Assembly: GCA_051294375.1 (NCBI GenBank)
Contig: CM119267.1
Span: 8,953,709 to 9,017,708, forward strand
Direction: 5' to 3'
Source: Paraspadella gotoi
Taxonomy: Eukaryota; Animalia; Chaetognatha
DNA length: 64,000 nt
Shown: positions 1-16,620 of the stretch, piece after piece
Layout: each line of letters opens with the position of its first letter
Numbering within the stretch: the stretch's first letter is position 1
The notes under the pieces: model-generated
Seen by the model: only the letters and a program-made list of their open reading frames with translations
Database searches by the model: none
Told to the model about the DNA's origin: nothing
Position numbers and translations under genes: made by a program

Positions 1-2775
1 ATTTTTTTTTTCGATTCAAACCCGAACAAAAAGGGAGTATGAGCTTGACACCTACTAGAGATAATGCGACGACGACGACGACGACACGACGCGACGAGAC
101 ATGATGATGGATCAGTTTGATTTCAAACCGATCCTTCTATCTCTGTTTGTTTGGTCGAAAGCATCGTCGTAATCGGAAACCAGAGGAGAGGAAATAGAAA
201 TTTTCACTTTTTTTTTCTCTTTCTTTTTTTGTTTTTCTCTCTCTCTCTTCTCTCTCCTCTCTCTCTCTCTCTTCTCTTTTTCTCTCTTTCAGTTCTTTGT
301 TTATATCTCAAATTCCAGAGGCCGAAAGGAAAAACGTGTTTTTTTTTTTTTTTGTGTCGCGTCATTTTCTCTCCTTTTTAAAGATTTTGTTCTAGTTTGT
401 TTTTTTTTTTTCATTTTTATTTTTTCATTTCGAGTTTAAGTCGGAATTTGGTACCTGCTCACTCCGGAGTACCTCGTTATTAACAATTCGAAAAAAACTC
501 GTGAAATTTCTCACAGACGTATAACCCTCTCCTTTTCTTCCTCTCTCTATTTCTCATTCTTTTCCTCCTCACTCCTGTTTTTCACTCAACGCTCCGCGCT
601 CTCTTCCCCTTCAATTCACCCAAACGTTTCTCTTCACCATTTCTCCACATTCTGAAGGCGCTTCGATTCTCACCTTTGCTCTTCACGCTCTTCACGCTTT
701 TCCTCCTCTCACCGTCCCCCCTTTCTTCTATCACCTCGATTTCGTTGCAAATCTCACCTTCACCACGACCACCTATCGCCAACCCTCCCGCCACGAACTC
801 ACTCTTCCGAGTCGTATTTAAAACGTGTTACGCGCGTCGTGGGTTTGACGCCTCACGCGCGCGCCATCATCTTCGGGAGAGAGAGGGAGACGCTGAAAAG
901 GAGAAGACAGAGATTAGAGAGACGGAGACGTTCCTTCCTCTTTTTTCACGCTTCGGGTTAAGTGGCTCAGGTGGAGAGCCGAACAATTCAACAAACGGCG
1001 TTTAGCTGCTCTTCCGAAAAGCTCTTTCAAGTCGAACAAAAAGAACCAAAGAATTTAAAAATCGTTAGTAAATTCTTGTTTCGGTTTTTTTGTTTTCGAT
1101 CGATTCACTTCGTCGCCCACGCCTCTTTTAGGGGGTGGGAGGCTTTCGTCTCATTTTTTTCGACTCGATTTCTTTCGATTTCTTTTTTTTTTCTTTCTTT
1201 TTTTCCAATTTTCTTATTTTCTTCCTCCGTTTCTTTTTTCCTCCATTTATCTCGTCAGTTCGGCGGCGTCGAAAGTGTGTCACCTTTTTTCTCGAGTTCA
1301 TGTGACTTTCTCCACCTCGCGAGACCACTTACTCCGGCATCGGGCACGGCATTGGCTTCGGCATGGCACTGCATTGGCTCCGCTTCGCCTCTTGGCTTTT
1401 ACGCAGAGAGTTTCAATTCTTTTTGAATCGTTGGTGATGTTTTTATTACTTAGAGATCTATTTATAATATCCTCTCGGTTGTCAAACGATTTCAATTGTT
1501 TTCATTTTAATTAATATAATTTGCTGGGTCAGTCGGGATGCCTATACCGCATGCATGACCCTTATCTGACGTGCTCATTGCCATAGTACCGGTTCATCCC
1601 CGTCCTACCTGTGGACTAGAGCGTCGGGTGGAACGCCGTTAGCCAGAGTCGCCTAAGGGTAATGATATGGGTCATCTCACTTAGCCTATCCACATGAACT
1701 CTACTATTTGCTTCTCTCGTCACTGCGACGCGAAGCTTCATCTCAACCTCATCTCAGCAGCACCACATCTTCCGCGCGCTCTTCCCCCGGCGCCTTCGCT
1801 GACGCCCGTCTTCTCGAGCTCCTTCCACAGTTAGATCGAGGCGCGTCGTTAACGCCTTCCGCCTAGACGCGCCGTATTTTTCGACGTTCCGGCGCGGTCA
1901 AATTGATTCTTGGCTCCTCCATCTTAAATTCTGGCGGTCTTGTCGTTTGAGTTGGGCACCTATCTCGATATTTATTTTAAATTCCAACCGTCAAGTTCTC
2001 TGGCGTTCCTGTCGTCGATACCGCAGGCTCGTCTTCGACTACTCCCTAGTTAATTCCGTAGCCTCGTTTCGATCTGGTTATTCGATTCCCGCCTTCATTT
2101 TTGATTTCGAGCCTCGCTTCGACTTAATGCCTCCTTTCAAATGTCTGAAATAGCATTTTTCTGCATTCCGTCCTCGTGAGAAGAAGAAGTTTTGGCAAAA
2201 AGCAGAAGACGAAACTGTTTCTCGTCAAAGCGAACGAGTCTCAAGAGTTCCTTCCTTTTTTTATACTTTAATTTTTTTTTTTCTTTTGAAAAGAAAAAAA
2301 AAGAATTTGTTTCTTTCTTTTTTTTTCTGATTTTTCTTCTTCTTTTTACGTCCTCGGATACTCGCGATCACGCCAAGCCCCGAGCGGGTCTCGTAAAAAA
2401 AATGAGGAAAACGAAGTCGTACTGGAAGAGAAGCGTTTAAGTTTTAGGACTTTTTCCCCTCCTCTCTCTTCCTCCTTCTCCTCGCCTTCCTTTGTCCGTC
2501 TTCTCCCTCCGACCGCCTCCAACCCTCCAAACTTCTCCTCATCCCTCGCCCACTCGGGCGTGAAACTCGATTTTTTTTTTAATTATTATTTTAATTTCTG
2601 CTTTCTAGTCTGTATAACGTCGTCGTCACTCGTCTGCGCGCGAATAGAAAAAAACCACTCGTGATTTGAACGCCTCGTCATCGCTTGAAGAGGGAAGCTT
2701 GACGACCCACTCAGAAAAAGACGGCTCTTTGGAAGAGACTGAGAGAGAGAGAGAGAGAGAGAGAGAAGAGAGAGA

Positions 2776-2821
<46 letters not shown>

Positions 2822-4037
2822 ACGCTCCACCCGGATCGCCTCACTCAAGGCTCGAATCATTTTTGCCAAATTTTTTTTTTTCGCTCCTTCTCGAAAAAAA
2901 AAAGAAAATATTTCGTCATCGATAAAAAACTTAGTCTCCACTTACCGATATGAAGAGCGGGCGACGAGGCGAGACGGTATCAAGAGCTGTTGTCGTCGTC
3001 GTCGTGTCTTCATTAAGCCGCCTGGGACGTAAAACTCCTCGATAAGTACCTCCAAATGTTTCCTTTCGTCCCGCTCTTTCGCATAAAAGCCTTCCTTTGT
3101 CCTTTGCTGTATTGCGTTCGTCCGTCCTTTTATGGGGGGGGGTTTTCTGTTTGCCTAATTTTAATAACTACTTTTTATTACTATATTTCAACAGATCCTT
3201 GTTTTCTTTCGTCTCAAATCAAACAGGGTTCTGCCGAGGCCATTTTGTTTTGTTTTGTTTTTTCATTCGCTCCAAATATTTTATATTCCGCCGAAAATTT
3301 GTTGATCATTTTTTGTTCTTTTCACATGTTAAATATCTTGTTTGAGATTTTATGCTGGTAAACGTTCGAAATTCGAATTTTTATACAATAACCAAAAATA
3401 AAAATTGGCTAACTATCCTATATTCGGAATAAATAGAAATCATTATCATTATAACTAATTTTCGAGAAAATCAGAAAAGCAAAATCGTTTGCCGGAAAAG
3501 ATTTCGATCGTCTTGTGTCGTTCGTCGTCGTCGTCTCGTCTCAATAAGAAATAAATCATAAATAATCCCCGCCTCGATCGTTTTCGATCAACGCCCAAGC
3601 GTGTCGCCGTCTCCGTCCAACCGGCGTCGACGGATGTGCCCGGCACAGACTCTGACCCACGGAGTCCGTCAGCGCACGCCGATGCCTCGAGCACGTCACT
3701 CCCGCCGGCCCCCGCCCGGCCCAGTTAGGGGACCATCGGCTGGCTTGAGGGATGTTACGGCAGATATATAGCGAATTGCAAAAATCTAGGAAAAGAATAT
3801 TGTCATTAAAACTCTGTCTCAACCTTTTCTTAGTTTTTTTACGGATTTCACTTTTTTCTTTTGTCTAAAACTCGGAGCCCAATTTTCCACGGACTCCGAC
3901 GTGAGGATAATTTTTTTTTTAAAGTAGATCAAAAGTTCGACTCATTTTTTGAAATGGTCCAGATTCCGTTGGACGATTCTTCGACTCTGTCTCTAGAAGT
4001 TATTTTAATATTTTCATATTTTTTTGGCACGACCGCA
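1..4037 (+). repeat. Duplicate block A, copy 1 (of 6241-10332); probable gap-filling or haplotig artefact
   Basis: Collinear match from 'attttttttttcgattcaaa' to 'gaccgca', differing mostly by 1-bp indels; ends at the 25-N gap 4038-4062. Confidence 0.9.
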
Positions 4038-4064
4038 NNNNNNNNNNNNNNNNNNNNNNNNNTC

Positions 4065-4421
4065 TTTATGACCTGCTATCGATCATTTAAGATGTTCGCC
4101 CACAAAATCGATCCCGCCGCGTCGAAAATTATCGAGTTCTTTCGCCCTCGCTTGAGCCAAATGTCGCTTACAATAAACGAGATCGATCGGCCTAATGTTA
4201 GAATCGCGAGTTTGGGCAACCACGAACTCGATAAGGAGACAGTCATCGCGATGTCTTTATTTTCGATAAAATCGAAGAGAGGACGTTTTGCTTTACGTCC
4301 ATATCAAGATGTCTTTTCTTCTTCCTTGCATTTTCCTCTCCACATTCCATTTCCAGGCTCCAAAAACCATAGAATTCCGTCGACAGAAGGTCCATTCGAT
4401 TGTTGGCTCCGAAATGCATGA
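4065..4421 (+). CDS. Possible coding fragment of unknown product (FMTCYRSFKMFAHKIDPAASKIIEFFRPRL...CWLRNA*)
   Basis: About 118 codons open in complex, non-repeat sequence; 5' end lies in a gap; no recognised domain. Confidence 0.25.
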   Translation, partial: FMTCYRSFKMFAHKIDPAASKIIEFFRPRLSQMSLTINEIDRPNVRIASLGNHELDKETVIAMSLFSIKSKRGRFALRPYQDVFSSSLHFPLHIPFPGSKNHRIPSTEGPFDCWLRNA

Positions 4422-5883
4422 CGAATGTCACTTATGACCTTATGACGTCAACGATGACCACGATACGGCGAGGATCGTCAATTCCGAGGCGGCGGACCGA
4501 TAGCCCCTTTTTTGAATGGCGTTTCCATGGAAAGGATTTGAGTCGCTTTAATCTCACAGAGTTGGGAAAGAGTGAACAGAGAGAGTGAGAGAGTATTGAA
4601 TTAATCGATGGATAGAGAAAATTAAAAGTGTACATTCTCTAGAATCAGAACACTCCTGATAATAATACATATTTTTTCGGGTTAAAATTCGCTTTGTTGT
4701 TTTCTATAACACTCCATATGTACCCAAGGGTTTTTTTCTTATTTTCTACTCTCGCCCTGATTCTTTTTCTTTTCTTTTTCTTATTTTCTCTGAAAAAATC
4801 CCAACCAAAATTTAGTGTCAAAAGTTCGTTTCATTCCGTCGCACTTCTTCTTGCTCCAGGAAGAAAAGGAAAGTGTGTTTCTCTCTTCTCTCTCTCTCTC
4901 TCTCTCATCTCTCTCTCTTCTCCCCCTCTCTCCTGACAAGGGTCAACCTCTCTTGGCTCCTAGTTTAACCTCGCGTAGAACTTTATCAACTTAGTGCGTT
5001 TCCTTTCACTCTAACGGTTATTTACGACGCAGTAGAAACGTAGCAGAATCTCTATATCTCGCTCTTTGTCAGTCAATCACGCCGCGAGACGCATCCGTCG
5101 CAATATTCTCATTCAAGTATTTCTTTTTAAATTATCTAGCCTACTGGAGGTTGCAAACTGCATTAAGTTCAAATGAAGAGCCCGATGTTTTTCAAAGACC
5201 ATTCTTCAAAGCTAGAATCTAACACAATGCTCCAAGGCTTTTAGTTTTTCCTGATTTACAGTCCCACCTCGCGGCGATTTGCCGAAACTTGGCCCGATTC
5301 AAAGATTGCCCGCCTTAGCCTCTGCTTTCTCCCCCCCCCCTTTCCCCCTCTACGCCGCAACATATGGTTCGTAGTCTCGACTTCCGCGTCGACGATTTAC
5401 TCGACGCGACGTCCGCACGCAAGACGCACGTGTCGACGCTGCGTGCACGTGCGAGAGACGACCAAGAAAAAGACTGCGACACTTAAATAGTTTTTTTCTA
5501 AAGCTGGTCTTGGCGATTCCGACAAAAAAGTATGGCTTAAAACTTAAATCGTCGAAAACTGAGAATTAACAGACCTAAACAAAGCTAAAATTATTACGAA
5601 ACCTCGTCGTTTTTTCGCGAAATTTCGAATGCGTCTGTGCGTGTACCTGCGTGCAGGAAACAATAAAGAGGAAAAAACGTCGTGTTTTCGATCCGTGAAC
5701 CGTTGGTTACGTGATTCCACCCTTTTGTGTCTCTTTTCTTTTCTCTTCTTTCTTTTTTTTCCTCCATTTTAAATAAATTCTCTCTTTTCTTCTTCGCGAT
5801 GAATGAGTCTTGATATCGATAACAAAAGAGGAAAGAACCGTGAAAAGTATTCCGCTGTTCCCGAGGAGTCGCCTTGTTCCAAT

Positions 5884-5922
<39 letters not shown>

Positions 5923-6109
5923 AAGGACCGCCCCTTCAGGGCCTGTAGGCCCCAAGGGCTAGGACCCCGTCGGAGTTGGCCCCCCGACGATCTGCGATGG
6001 ACCTCTCCACATTATTGAGCCAAGAGAAGAAAAAAAAACTGTTTTGTTCCTTCTTTTTTGTCGACCAAAAAATCTTTTTAGGGTCGTTGTTATAGTCGTG
6101 GATGTTGTT

Positions 6110-6148
<39 letters not shown>

Positions 6149-6240
6149 GGCTGATGGAGTTTATTTCTGCCCGAGTGAATCTGTATAGAGTCGATTTTTG
6201 TTGATTTTGTCAAAAGGGATCGAGGATCAGCGAATCCACG

Positions 6241-6465
6241 ATTTTTTTTTTTTTTCGATTCAAACGCCCGAACAAAAAGGGAGTATGAGCTTGACACCTA
6301 CTTAGAGATAATGCGACGACGACGACGACGACGACGATGATGATGATGTTTGATTTCAACCCGATCCTTCTATCTCTGTTTGTTTTGGGTCGAAAGCATC
6401 GTCGTAATCGGAAACCAGTAGGAGAGGGAAAAGAAATTTTCACTTTTTTTTTCTCTTTTCTTTTT

Positions 6466-6507
<42 letters not shown>

Positions 6508-9500
6508 CTCCTTTCAGTTCTTTGTTTATATCTCAAATTCCAGAGGCCGAAAGGAAAAACGTGTTTTTGTTTTTGTTTTGTGTCGCGTCATTTTCTCTCC
6601 TTTTTTAAACGATTTTGTTTCTAGTTTGTTTTTTTTTTTTTCATTTTTATTTTTCATTTCGAGTTTAAGTCGGAAATTTGGTACCTGCTCACTCCGGAGT
6701 ACCTCGTTAATTAACAATTCGAAAAAACTCGTGAAATTCCTCACAGACTATAACCCCTCTCCTTTTCTCTCTCTCTCTATTTCTCTATCTCTTTTCTCTC
6801 ACTCCTGTTTTTTCACTCAACGCTCCCGCGCTCTCTTCCCCCTTCAATTCACCCAAACGTTTTCTCTTCACCATTTCTCACATTCGTGAAGGCGCCTTCG
6901 ATTCTCACTTTGCTCTTCACGCTCCTTCACGCTTTTCCTCCTCTCACCGTCCCCCCCTTTCTTCTATCACCTCGATTCGTTGCCAAATCTCAACCTCACC
7001 ACCGACCACCCTATCGCCAACCCTCCCGCCACGAACCTCACTCTTCCCGAGTCGTATTTTAAAACGTGTTACGCGCGTCGTGGGTTTGACGCCTCGACGC
7101 GCGCGCAATCATCTTCTGGGAGAGAGAGGGAGACGCTGAAAAGGAGAGAGACAGAGATAGAGAGACGGAGACGTTCCTTCCTCGTTTTTTCACGCCTTCG
7201 GGTTAAGTCGGCTCAGGTGAGAGCCGGAAACAATTTCAACAAACGGCGTTTAGCTGCTCCTTCGAAAATCTTTTCAAGTCGTAACAAAAAGAAACCAAAG
7301 AAATTTAAAAATCGTTAGTAAATTCTTGTTTCGGTTTTTTTGTTTTCGATCGATTCACTTCGTCGCCACGCCTCTTTTTAGGGGGGTGTGAAGGCTTTCG
7401 TCTCATTTTTTCGACTCGATTTTCTTTCGATTTCTTTTTTTCTTCTTTTTTTTCCAATTTTCTTATTTTCTTCCTCCGTTTCTTTTCTTTCCTCCATTTA
7501 TCTCCGTCAGTTCGGCGGCGTCGAAAGTGTGTCACCTTTTTTCTCGAGTCATTGACTTTCTCCACCTCGCGAGACCACTTTACTCCGGCATCGGGCAACG
7601 GCATTGGCTTCGGCATTGGCTACGGCATTGGCTCCCGCTTCGCCTCGTGGCTTTTACGCAGAGAGTTTCAATTCTTTTGAATTGTTGGTATTCTTTTTAT
7701 TACTTAGAGATCTATTTATAAATGTCTCTCGGTTGTCAAACGATTTCAATTGTTTTCTTTTAAATCAATAAATATTGGCATGGTGTAGTCGGGCATTGCC
7801 TAGGTTCACCCCGCCTATAAGCATGACACCTTCAGTCCTGACCCGGTGGCTCATTGACCACTAGGTACCGGGTTCAATCCCAACCCGGTACCTACCCTGT
7901 GGGAAGCGTGAGGACGGCCGTAAGCCGCCTTGGGGGCGTGGCAACCCCTCAAGCCTGGTTTCAAGCCCAGGACCCGTTCCATGGCTACTAAAGGGGTTAT
8001 AGAAGTTATGGATAGTCATCTTCAGCCCACTTAGCGCCTTATCCACAATGGATCAACTCATCTATTTATTATGCTTCTCCCTCACGTCATTGACGAGCGC
8101 GAAGCTTCATTCTCAACGGCGCCGCTTCATCCTCAGCAGCACCACATCTTCGCGCGCTCTTCCCCCGGCGCCTTCGCTGACGCCCGTCGTTCTCGAGGCT
8201 CCTCCACCAGTTAGAGCGAAGGCGGCGTCGTTAACGCCTTCCGCCTGACGCGCCGTATTTTTCGACGCCGGCGCGTCAAATTGATTCTTGGCTCCTCATC
8301 TTAAATTCTAGCGCGTTGTCATTTGAGTTGGGCACCTAATCCTCGATATTTATTTTTAAATTCCAACGCGTCAAAAGTTCTCTGCGTTTCCTGTCGTCGA
8401 TACCGCAGGCTCGTCTTCGACTACGTCCCCTAGTTAATTCCGTAGCCTCGTTTTCGATCCTGGTATTCGATTCCGCGCCTCATTTTCGATTATCGAGCCT
8501 CGCTTCAGACTTAAGTGCCTCCTTCTCAAATGTCTGAAATACATGTTTTCTGCATCTCCGTCCTCGTGAGTAAGAAGATTTTGGCAAAAGCAGAAGACGA
8601 AACTGTTCGTCGTCAGCGAAACGAGTCTCAAGAGTCCTTCCTTTTTTTTATTACTTTAATTTTTTTTCTTTTGAAAAGAATTTGTTTCTTTCTTTCTTTT
8701 TTTTTCTGATTTTTCTTTCTGTTTTACGTCCGGATACTCGGATCACGCCCAAGCCCCGAGCGTCTCGTAAAAAAAATGAGGAAAACGAAAGTCGTAAAGT
8801 GAAGAGGAAGCGTTTAAGTTTTAGGACTTTTTCCCCTCCTCCTCTTCCTCCTTCTCCTCCGCCTCCTTGTCCGTCTTCTCCCTCCAACCGCCTCCAACTT
8901 CTCCTCATCCCCTTCGCCCACTCGGAGCGTGAAACTCGATTTTTTTTATATATATATTTTTATTTCTGCTTTCGTAGTCTGTATAACGTCGTCGTCACCG
9001 TCGTCTGCGGCGAAATGAGAAAAACCACTCGTGATTTTGGAACGACTCGTCATCGCCTTGAAGAGGGAAGCCGTTTGACGACCCACTCGAGAAAAAGACG
9101 CTCTTTGAAGAGANNNNNNNNNNNNNNNNNNNNNNNNAAAAAAAAAAGAAATATTTCGTCATCGATAAAAAACTTAGTCTCGCACTTACCCGATATGAAG
9201 AGGCGGGCGACGAGGCGAGACGGTATCAAGAGGTAGTTGTCGTCGTCGTCGTCGTCGTCGTCTTCATTAAGCCGCCTGGGGACGTAATAACTCCCTCGAC
9301 TAATTACCTCAAAATGTTTTCCTTTCGTCCCGCTCTTTCGGCATTAAAAGCCTCCTTTGTCCTTTGCTGTATTGCGTTTCGTCCCGTCCTTTTTATGGGG
9401 GGGGGGTTTCTTTTTCCTAATTTTTTTATAACTACTTTTTTATTACTATATTTCAACAGATCCTTGTTTTCTTTCGTCTCAAATCAAACAGGGTTCTGCC

Positions 9501-10332
9501 GAGGCCATTTTGTTTTTTTTTGTTTTTTTCATTCGCTCCAAATATTTTCATATTCCGCCGAAAATTTGTTATGATCATTTTTTGTTCCTTTTCGACATGT
9601 TAAATATCTTGTTTTGAGTTTTATCGTGGTAAACGTTCGAAATTCGTAATTCGAAATTCGAAATTTTATACAATAACCTAAAATAAAATTGGCAAACTCA
9701 TCCTTTATTCGGAATAAACTAGAAAGTCATTATCATTATAAGTAATTTTCGAGAAATCAGAAAAGCAAATCGTTTGCCGGAAAAAGATTTCGATCGTCTT
9801 GGTCGTCGTCGTCGTCGTCGTCGTCAATAGAAATAAATCATAAATAATCCCCCGCCTCGATCCGTTTTCGATCAACGCCCAAGCGTGTCGCCGTCTCCGT
9901 CCAACCGCGTCGACGGATGTGCCCCGGCACAGACTCTGACCCACGGAGTCCGTCAAGCGCGACGCCGATGCCTCGAGGCACGTCACCCTCCCCCGCCCCC
10001 CGCCCCGGCCCAGTTAGGGACCATCGGCTGGCTGTAGGGATGTGTACGGCAGGATATATAGCGAATTGCAAGAACATCTAGGAAAAGAATATTGTAATTA
10101 AAACTCGTTCTCAACTTTTCTTATTTTTTTACGGATTTCACTTTTTTCTTTTGTCTAAAACTCGGGAGCCCAATTTTCCCACGGACTCCGACGTGAAGGA
10201 TAATTTTTTTTTTTAAAGTGGAGCAAAGTTCGACTCATTTTTTTGAAAATGGTCCAGATTCCGTTGACGATCTTCGACTCTGTCTCTAGAGTTTATTTTT
10301 AACTATTTTCATATTTTTTTGGGACGACCGCA
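6241..10332 (+). repeat. Duplicate block A, copy 2
   Basis: Collinear with 1-4037 at an offset of about 6.25 kb. Confidence 0.9.
7775..8070 (+). mobile_element. Candidate tRNA-derived SINE-like insertion (degraded second copy at ~1520-1710)
   Basis: A-box-like TGGTGTAGTCGG at 7781 and B-box GGTTCAATCC at 7871; perfect 13-bp stem 7862-7894; AT-rich tail; no microsatellites, unlike the flanks. Confidence 0.4.
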
Positions 10333-10359
10333 AGTTTTTGGCCGCTCCCTCGTGTGTGT

Positions 10360-10409
<50 letters not shown>

Positions 10410-10860
10410 CTCGCATTCATCCTCCCAAAAGTTGATGATAATTTGTTTGTGATTGTTTTAACTCGTGTTTTAATAACCGCTGTCAAAACAACGAGAAATC
10501 TTCGCTCGTAAAAGAACAACAACCAAAAAAAAAATGTTTTAAAAACTGGAAAAAAAAGAAAATTAAAAATGAATTAGACCACAACCGCGCGAATGAAAAA
10601 TAAAAGAATCATGAGAATCGAGTTTTTAAAGAAAAGGAAATTGTTATTTCGAAACAATGTTTTTACGCCGTCTGGCGAAAAAAAAAGTTTGGCTGAGGCT
10701 CCTCGGCTTTCTCATTGTAAACAAATCAAAGTCGATGAAGGTTTATTATCGAATCTCCATAAATTTTATGACTTAGTATTTTTTTTTTTCAATATTGTTT
10801 ATTTTTTTAACGGATTGAAGAGATTTTAATGTTTTTTTTTTTCTTTTGTTTTCTTCTCAG

Positions 10861-11125
10861 ATTTCCACATCGAGTTTCTCTACGATTTCATCGTCGACGC
10901 CTCCAACTACCTCGACGACGTCAACGACCGTCTCCACGACTCCTACCGCCGCTCCAGCGACCTGTAGAGCTCCAGCGACCTCAAGCGCTCCGTCGACTAC
11001 CGCATCGTCGACCCAAAGCTACTCGGATTACCAGAGTCTTGAAACTTCGGAGATACAGAAAGTCTCCTCCGCCGAAGCTTCAGTCGTGAAACCTCACGAA
11101 GACTCGACCACCGCTGTCAACCAAG
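10861..11125 (+). CDS. Internal exon, Ser/Thr-rich mucin-like segment (ISTSSFSTISSSTPPTTSTT...EDSTTAVNQ)
   Basis: Long polypyrimidine tract + CTCAG acceptor, open frame, CAAG|GTCAGT donor (phase 1). Confidence 0.6.
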
Positions 11126-11130
11126 GTCAG

Positions 11131-11178
<48 letters not shown>

Positions 11179-11440
11179 TAATTGATTCCATTTCTTTTAT
11201 TTTTCACTTTGCCACTTATATTTTTTTTGTAAACAATACTTTGCGGTGCCTTTCGTGAAAAGAGCAAAAAAGTCAGATGTCGGGCTTGAATCGATTTTTT
11301 TTCCTTTTATCTTTTTTTTTATTTGAATAGTTCTTTCAAAATTAAAGAGCCATTGAACGGGGAAAAAAATAAAGTGCCATTTTCAATTTTAATTCTTTCT
11401 TTGAAGTTTGGGTATTTGAACTAGTTTTACCCTCTCGAGA

Positions 11441-11500
<60 letters not shown>

Positions 11501-12556
11501 TGTTGGCTCTTATTTTCTTCTTGGCTTTCCACTTGCCGTGTCCAAGGGGCTAGGAAGAGGGAACCTCTGCTTCCAACTCAAAGAGTCATTGAGATTCCCC
11601 CTTCGAGTGGCTCTTCAGGACCACTTCAGCAGCCTCCTCCAAAACACTTCTCCTTTTCCTTCCTCCTCCTCCTCCTCCTCCTCCTCTTCTCCCACTTTTC
11701 CTCTTTTACTTCAAAGTTGTTTTCTCAAAGAAAACACAAGTTTGCGAAGTTTAAAAATATTTTTTTTCTCCTCGATATTTCCCTTTTTTTTCCTTCTCTC
11801 TCTTAGCTTATTTATTTTTTTTTTTCATTATTCCTTCTTTGCTTCGTTTAATTACTTTCTTTTTTTCTTTTTTTTTTTTTCCTCTCTTACTTCGTGCTTC
11901 CGTACTTTTTTCTCCATCCTTTCTTTCCCCTCTATTTACTCTTCGAGTCTTTCCTTCTGTTTCTGAATGTGTATTTCCGGTGCCTCTCGAGCGTCTTAGA
12001 CAATCTTTTTCACTGAATAAAGAGTTCCTCTCGCTCTCTCTCGCTCTCTCTGTCTCTGTCTCTTTTTTTTTATTCTCTGTCTCTCTCTCCCTCCCTTCCG
12101 CTTGTACCCTGTTTCTCGCTCTTCCCGCGTTTAACATGCGCGACTCTCTATTCAGTCTCTGGTTTTGACAACAGATTTGACAATTTTCTTCCTTTTTCTA
12201 ATTGTTTTCCCTTTGTTCCTTTTTCTCAGCTACTCCCACTTTCCCTTGCTCCTTTTTTATTTTCTCATATATTTGCTACTCTTTTCTTTAGTCTTTCCTT
12301 TCGGTCTTCTCCCTATTGTTTGCTACTCTCTCTTTTAAGTGCTACTCTCTCCTTTATTTGCTCCACATCTCCTTTCTTTGCTCCTCTTCCTTTTCTTTTC
12401 CTCTCTTCAAACCTCACCCCAGACAAAGCAGATCAACACCCCCCACTCGCCAATTTCTCCCCCCCCAAAAAAAAAGGCGGAAGCGGCTCTCTGCCTCTGG
12501 GGAGTCTTTAATTTACTTTCGGTCCTTCATTCGCTTCTTTTCTTTTTCCTCCGTCT

Positions 12557-15438
<2,882 letters not shown>

Positions 15439-15620
15439 AATGTTTCGGATACTTGATGCGAGTTGTTAAAAAGCAGGGTAATTATTAGTTATTATAATTT
15501 TGACTTTTGACAGAAATTTTGAATCATGGACGAGAGCGAGAATACTGTTTCGTGAACGAAAGGCAAAAGGTTTCGTATGACGCAGGTCACGAAGAATCAT
15601 GGAAAGTATTATTATTATTA

Positions 15621-15661
<41 letters not shown>

Positions 15662-16260
15662 ATCAGTACAATTTTGACATTTGACGAAAGCCTTTGAATG
15701 AAACTCTTGATAATGGACGAATACTCTTTCGCGAACGTCAAGAAATAGAAATTGGGATGATAAGTGACGGAAATGATAACTATTAGCATTATTATCGTAA
15801 TAACGATATCTGGCAAACTCTCGTCAAGATGTAAAAGTTCAAATTTATATTTTCAATGAATCGACAGTTTGGATGTTCGTTATTCCAGTTTCCACGGATT
15901 CCAAATTCATTTCGATTTCATTTCTCATCCGATTTTATTCCATTTCAATTTCTGTTTCCTTTCTGTCGATTTTTGCTCCAGATTTTCTCCGCTGAAACGA
16001 TTGAATCTCGATCGAAAAATGTCAACGACCAATTTCTAAAAAAAAATTTTCATCAGCGAGAGAGAATGTGGCCGTCGCGCGCGATTCGTTCTCGTTTTTT
16101 GATATCGCGAAAAGCGATTGTTCTTTAAAGTGATAAAAGTTAGGTTGGTATCAATCAATAGGCTCTTCTCGTCACGCTTTTCAAAGTAAGAGGCTCAGTC
16201 GTTATTGAGAATGGAGGAGAGACAAAGGGAGAGAAAACAATTATTCTTTCAATTTTAAAG

Positions 16261-16560
16261 GATTAAAAAGATGGCAGTCGTCGTCTTCGTCGTCGTTTCA
16301 TCTTCTCAACGGCTCCCAACACGTTCGCCGATCCGATTAGAATCGCGAGAATGGAAACCGTTTCTCGTCATCGACGTCTTTACATCGGGAAAGCGTCCAT
16401 GACCCGCCCGCTCTCCAGCCACGCCCACCACGAACGCCGGCCCCCCTCCCCGCCATCTCCTTTCCGCTCTGACTCCGCCATCATCCCCTCTCTTCCGATT
16501 CCCCTGCGCCGTGAGCTCATCGTCGAAGACAAGGATGTTGATTTGCTTCTGTTTACATAA
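16261..16560 (+). CDS. Probable terminal exon (…DGSRRLRRRFIFSTAPNTFADPIRIARMETVSRHRRLYIGK…DVDLLLFT*)
   Basis: TTTTAAAG acceptor at 16260 (alternative AG at 16270); frame open 16267-16560; AATAAA at 16743; phase compatible with exon 10861-11125. Confidence 0.45.
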
Positions 16561-16562
16561 AC

Positions 16563-16620
<58 letters not shown>

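Noticed and set aside
1720-3050. Minus-strand exon-like GC-rich patches in block A (e.g. GGTAAGTG donor near 2940-2947)
   Set aside because: May be coding, but the two copies disagree on indels and no consistent frame could be reconstructed.
5380-5460. Two CACGTG E-boxes in a CG-rich patch
   Set aside because: Short motifs in a CG-rich genome with no defined transcription start; not enough to call a promoter.
7775-7895. Intact tRNA gene
   Set aside because: No acceptor stem or cloverleaf could be built; only box-like motifs are present.
7990-8030. Minus-strand CTGAAGATGAC as a hammerhead ribozyme core
   Set aside because: No closing stem II or downstream GAAA. The CTGATGA sites at ~13208 and ~26377 fail the same test.
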